Shown piece after piece: positions 58,281 through 64,000 of a stretch of 64,000 nucleotides of DNA. The notes below the pieces were generated by a model. It had not been told where the DNA came from. It made no database searches and saw only the letters and a list, made by a program, of their open reading frames with translations. The position numbers were made by a program, and so were the translations under genes. The stretch comes from Pristiophorus japonicus (taxonomy: Eukaryota). The stretch is from NCBI RefSeq assembly GCF_044704955.1, contig NC_091990.1, positions 14,756,001 to 14,820,000 of the forward strand, in the 5' to 3' direction. Position 1 is the stretch's first letter. Each line of letters begins with the position of its first letter.

Positions 58281-58293
58281 TTAAACCCCCTGT

Positions 58294-59180
58294 AAAAACA
58301 TAAGAAACAGGAGCAGGAGTAGGCCGTTCGGCCCTTCGAGCCTGCTCCGCCATTTAATAAGATCATGGCTGATCTGATCATGGACTCGGCTCCACTTCCC
58401 TGCCCGCTCCCCATAACCCTTTATTCCCTTATTGCGCAAAAATCTGTCTATCTCCACCTTAAATATATTCAGTGACCCAGCCTCCACAACTCTCTGGGGC
58501 AGAGAATGCCATAGATTTACAAGCCAAATTCCTCTTCATCTCAGTTTTAAATGGGTGGCCCCTTATTCTGAGACTATGTCCCCGAGTTTTAGATTCTCCT
58601 ATGAGTGGAAATATCCTCTCTGCATCCACCTTGTCAAGCCCCCTCATTACCTTATATGATTTGATAAGATCACCTGACATTCTTGACTAAAATGAGTATA
58701 GGTCCAACCTATCTTCATAAGTCAATCCCCTCATCTCCCAAATCAATCTAGTGAACCTTCTCTGACTAGCCTCCAATGCAAGTATATCCTTCCTTAAATA
58801 CGGAGACTAAAACTGTATGCAGTACTCTAGGTGTGGCCTCACCAATACCCTGTACAGTTGTCGCAGGACTTCTCTGCTTTTATACTCGATCCCTTTTGCA
58901 ATAAAGGCCAACATTCTATTTCCCTTCCTGATTACTTGCTGTACCTGCATACTAACTTTTTGTGTTTCATGCACAAGGACCCCCAGATCCCTCTGTACTG
59001 CAGCATTTTGTAATTTTCTCCATTTAAATAATTTGCTTTTCTATTATCTCTGCCACAGTGGATAACCTCATATTTTCCCACATTATACACCATCTGCCAA
59101 ATTTTTGCCCACTCACTTAGCCTGTCTATGTCCCTTTGCAGATTTCTTTTGTCCTCCTCACAATTTGCTCTCCCACCCAT
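58294..59180 (-). mobile_element. CR1 3' fragment, antisense in MECR intron 1
   Basis: LQRDIDRLSEWAKIWQM, GDLIKSYK, RGHSLRIRG; tail ttcttatgtttt. Confidence 0.92.
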
Positions 59181-59534
59181 CCACTTGGCATTCACTCTGA
59201 ACCACTGGTGGTGCTTTTGTCTCAAAGCACTGAAGCCCCTGATCAGTGCATGGTCTTTTTCCCTGTAACCGTGGTGTAAATCACCCGACCTGCAGAGCAG
59301 GCACAGCATTGCAGAGCCATGAGAACTTGGGGCTACAAATCTGTCACATGCATCTGTTTATTTCTCTAATAGTTGGTTCTTCATATTTTGGATTGGAGCT
59401 TAGGAGGGTTATGGAAACCGTCTTGCAACAAATGTAAAAGCAGGCGCACAGAAGGGGGCAGGAATGAGGAAAAATAGTAAACGGACAGCACCTTTTAATA
59501 AAGGCGAGAGTTACAGGACTACCTCCACACACGG

Positions 59535-62500
59535 AGCTAAATTTAAAAAGTAGGACCTCAAAATTAGTAATCTTAGGATTGCTACCAGTGCCACGTGCTA
59601 GTCAGAGTAGGAATCGCAGGATAGCTCGGATGAATATGTGGCTTGAGGAGTGGTGCAGAAGGGAGGGATTCAAATTCCTGGGACATTGGAACTGGTTCTG
59701 GGGGAGGTGGGACCAGTACAAACCGGATGGTCTGCACCTGGGCAGGACTGGAGCCAATGTCTTTGGGGGAGTGTTTGCTAGTGCTGTTGGGGAGGAGTTA
59801 AACTAATATGGCAGGAGGATGGAAACCTATGCAGGGAGACAGAGGAAAGTAGAATGGGGGCAGAAGCAAAAGATAGAAAGAAGAAAAGTAAAAGTGGAGG
59901 GCAGAGAAACCCAAGACTAAAAGCAAAAAGGGCCACATTACAACAAAATTCTAAAGGGGCAAAGGGTGTTAAAAAGACAAGCCTGAAGACTCTGTGCCTC
60001 AATGCGAGGAGTATTCGCAATAAGGTGGACAAATTAACTGCACAGATAGCAGTCAACGGATATGATGTAATTGGCATCACGGAGACATGGCTCCAGGGTG
60101 ACCAAGGCTGGGAACTCAACATCCAGGGGTATTCAACATTTAGGAAGGATAGACAGAAAGGTAAAGGAGGTGGGGTGGCATTGCTGGTTAAAGAGGAAAT
60201 TAATGCAATAGTAAGGAAGGACATTAGCTTGGATAATGTGGAATCTGTATGGGTGGAGCTACGGAATACCAAAGGGCAGAAAACACTAGTGGGAGTTGTG
60301 TACAGACCATCCAAACAGTAGGAGTGAGGTTGGGGACAGCATTAAACAAGAAATGAGGTATGCGTGCAATAAAGGTACACAGTTATCATGGACGACTAAT
60401 CTACATATTGATTGGGCTAACCAAACTGGTAGCAATGCAGTGGAGGAGGATTTCCTGGAGTGCATTAGGGATGGTTTTCTCGACAATATGTCGAGGAGCC
60501 AACTAGAGGGCTGGCCATCCTCGACTGGGTGATGTGTAATGAGAAAGGACTAATTATCAATCTTGTTGTGCGAGGCCCCTTGGGGAAGAGTGACCATAAT
60601 ATGGTAGAATTCTTTATTAAGGTGGAGAGTGACACAGTTAATTCAGAGACTAGGGTCCTGAACTTAAGGAAGGGTAACTTCAATGGTATGAGATGTGAAT
60701 TGGCTAGAATAGACTGGCGAGTGATACTTAAAGGGTTGACGGTGGATAGGCAATGGCAAACATTTAAAGATCACATGGATGAATTTCAACAATTGTACAT
60801 CCCTGTCTGGAGCAAAAATAAAATGGGGAAGATGGCTCAACTGTGGCTAATAAGGGAAATTAAGGATAGTGTTACATCCAAGGAAGAGGCATATAAATTG
60901 GCCAGAAAAAGCAGCAAACCTGAGGACTGGGAGAATTTTATGAGACAGCAGAGGAGGACAAAGGGTTTAATTAGGAGGGGGAAATTAGAGTCTGAGAAAA
61001 AGCTTGCTGGGAACATAAAAAATGACTGCAAAAGCTTCTATAGATATGTGAAGAGAAAAAGATTAGTGAAGACAAACGTAGGTCCCTTGCAGTCAGATTC
61101 AGGTGAATTTATAATGGGGAACAAAGAAATGGCAGACCAGTTAAACAAATACTTTGGTTCTGTCTTCACGAAGGAAGACACAAATAACCTTTCGGAAATA
61201 CTAAGGGACCAAGGGTCTAGTGAGAAGGAGGAACTGAAGGAAATCCTTATTAGGCGGGAAATTGTGTTAGGGAAATTGATGGGATTGGAGGCCGATAAAT
61301 CCCCGGGGCCTAATAGTCTGCATCCCAGAGTACTTAAGGAAGTGGCCATAGAAATAGTGGATGCATTGGTGGTCATTTTCCAACAGTTTATCGACTCTGG
61401 ATCGGTTCCTATGGACTGGAGGGTAGCTAATGTAACACCGCGTTTTAAGAAGGGAGGGAGAGAGAAGGCGGGTAATTATAGACTGGTTAGCCTGACATCA
61501 GTAGTGGGGAAAATGTTGGAATCAATTTTTAAAGATGAAATAGCACATTTGGAAAGCAGTGACTGGATCAGTCCAAGTCAGCATGGATTTATGAAAGGGA
61601 AATCCTGCTTGACAAATCTTCTAGAATTTTTTGAGGATGTAATTGGTAGAGTGGACAAGGGAGAACCGGTGTATGCGGTGTATTTGGACTTTCAAAAGGC
61701 TTTTGACAAGGTCCCACACAAGAAATTGATGTGCAAAATTAAAGCACATGGTATTGGGGGTAATGTACTGACATGGATAGAGAACTGGTTGGCAGACAGG
61801 AAGCAGAGAGTCGGGATAAACGGGTCCTTTTCAGAATGACAGGCAGTGACTAGTGGGATGCCGCAGGGCTCAGTGCTGGGACTCCAGCTATTTACAATAT
61901 ACATTAATGATTTGGATGAGGGAATTGAGTGATTGTGTGTAATATCTCCAAGTTTGCAGATGACACTAAGCTGGGTGGCGGTGTGAGCTGTGAGGAGGAC
62001 GCTAAAAGGCTGCAGGGTGACTTGGACAGGTTAGGTGAGTGGGCAAACAAGTGGCAGATGCAGTATAATGTGGATATATGTGAGATTATCCACTTTGGTG
62101 GCAAAAACACGAAGGCAGAATATTATCTGAATGGCGGCAGATTAGGAAAAGGGGAGGTGCAAAGAGACCTGAATGTCATGGTACATCAGTCATTGAAAGT
62201 TGGCATGCAAGTACAGCAGGCGGTGAAGAAGGCAAATGGTATGGTTTTGCCTTCATAGCTCGGGGATTTGAGTATAGGAGCAGGGAGTTCTTACTGCAGT
62301 TGTACAGGGCCTTAGAGAGGCCTCACCTGGAATATTGTGTTCAGTTTTGGTCTCCTAATCTGAGGAAGGACGTTCGTTATTTGGGGGAGTGTAGCAAAGG
62401 TTCACCAGACTGATTCCTGGGATGGCAGGACTGACATATGAGGAGAGACTGGATCGACTGGCCCTGTGTTCACTGGAGTTTAGAAGGATGAGAGGGGATC

Positions 62501-62884
62501 TCATAGAAACATATAAAATTCTGACGGGACTGGACAGGTTAAATGCAGAAAGAATGTTCCCGATGTTGGGGAAGTCCAGAACCAGGGGACATAGTCTAAG
62601 GATAAGGAGTAAGCCATTTAGGACTGAGATGAGGAGAAACTTCTTCACTCAGAGAGTTGTTAGCCTGTGGAATTCCCTACCGCAGAGAGTTGTTGATGCC
62701 AGTTCATTGGATATATTCAAGAGGGAGTTAGATATGGCCCTTATGGCTAAAGGGGTCAAGGGGTATGGAGAGTAAGCAGGAAAGAGGTACTGAGGTGAAT
62801 GACCAGCCATGATCTTATTGAATGGTGGTGCAGGCTCGAAGGGCCAAATGGCCTACTCCTGCACCTATTTTCTATGTTTCGATG
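59535..62884 (+). mobile_element. CR1 LINE (end of ORF1 esterase plus full ORF2, frameshifted), sense in MECR intron 1
   Basis: DGLHLGRTG esterase end; CLNARSIRNK; 436-codon segment 60529-61839; KFADDTK; tail ctatgtttc. Confidence 0.95.
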
Positions 62885-63474
62885 ATGTAGTATATCTGGA
62901 GTTAGACACGAAGCTGAGTTTAAAAAGTTGCCTGGTAACTTTTAAAACTTACTTGTTTTAGTACTGCCGGAGGGCTTTGGCTTGCTCCAAACTTTAGCAA
63001 TTAACTGCCTGTGGGAAGCTGGTCTGAGTTCAATTATTTATGTATAGAGATCGATGATGGTGTAACTTGGATATGCTGGCCCCATATCACTCCGGATAAG
63101 ATTGGTACCTGTAACATAACTGGCCCTTTGGAGGGGGATAGATGCTTTAAATTGAGGGGATGAAATCTATGTGGAATAAGTTAGCTCTGGCTTGGTGCCA
63201 AGAATTCGTAAATTATATCTCTGCTGGTTAATTTTTACAGATTCTTTAAAATTGAATGTCGTTATTTTCAACAGAAAAATGAGTGTTGGACTGGATTGGT
63301 TCGCTTTTTGTTTTAATTCCCTTAACCACAAATTATTTTGAACAGCCTTCACTATAAATCAGGAAATTGTGTTTTATATAAAACTTTATCATGTCTGCCA
63401 GAATCATCCTAACTTGATTTGCATACAATTAAGTTTTGAATTGTTGCTACTTATGTCGGAAAGTAAGATTCAGC

Positions 63475-63740
63475 TAACAGCAATGAAATCAGTGTTCACT
63501 TAAATCTATTTCTGGTGGCATTGGTTGAGGGACAAATGTTGGTCAGGGCACTGGGAGAATTCACCGCTCCTTCAAATAATGGCAGGGAATCTTTAACATC
63601 CACCTATACTACTGGAACAGACAAACTTGTTTTAATGTTACATTCGAAGAATGATGTCGCCAACTCCCTCAGCACTGCACTGAAATGTCACCCTCGATTC
63701 TGTGCTCAAATCCCCCACAACGTTATTGCTCAGAGTTAAG
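63475..63740 (-). mobile_element. Old DeuSINE remnant
   Basis: Degenerate similarity to the 52603 SINE (gttgagggacaaatgttgg, ctcttcaaataat, actccctcagcactgcactg). Confidence 0.55.
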
Positions 63741-64000
63741 GAATTAAGTTTCACTGCAGTTTAGAATGTCCCTTAGTTGGGTGATGGGGCAGTACCTTTC
63801 TAAATTTTGCTAGATCAAGAGATGATTGGATATGCAAATTCAAGTCATACATATGTAATTCCCTGTTTTATGTATGTACAGCAGCATCAGTAATGTGCTG
63901 AGTTCTACTGCTAGAAGAGCTCTGTACTTGTTTGCTTATATGCTTGTGCAAAGCAATACACTCCAGATTTAAATGTCAGTTGCATTTTAGTAGTGAATAG

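Noticed and set aside
62885-64000. MECR exon 2
   Set aside because: No frame resembling VKMLAAPINPSDINM is visible; it presumably lies beyond the window.

Overview
This is eukaryotic, repeat-saturated vertebrate DNA. The repeat complement (tRNA-headed DeuSINE/SacSINE1-like SINEs, esterase-ORF1 CR1 LINEs, L2, RTE, Penelope remnants) suggests a cartilaginous fish; this is an inference. The only host gene I can support is the first coding exon of MECR (mitochondrial trans-2-enoyl-CoA reductase, 57941-58119, +), in a small CpG island with CRE and RFX X-box motifs. Everything else is a layered TE landscape. It includes three decayed two-gene Harbinger transposons (DDE transposase plus a convergent 3-exon Myb/SANT partner) and several Harbinger-type MITEs. 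There is a full-length Gypsy provirus with LTRs, PBS, PPT and TSD, and a second LTR element whose gag-protease frame runs into about 160 codons of non-RT sequence. Also present are an internally deleted Tigger/pogo, a Tx1-like fragment, many CR1/L2/RTE pieces and Penelope-derived elements with minimal hammerhead-ribozyme motifs. Most ORFs in the track are TE fragments, antisense shadows or minisatellite artefacts. I found no clearly intact novel system. The best candidates for something undescribed are the gag-PR-only LTR element with a novel tail and the fold-back hammerhead element. Boundaries marked ~ are by-eye estimates; no database searches were run.
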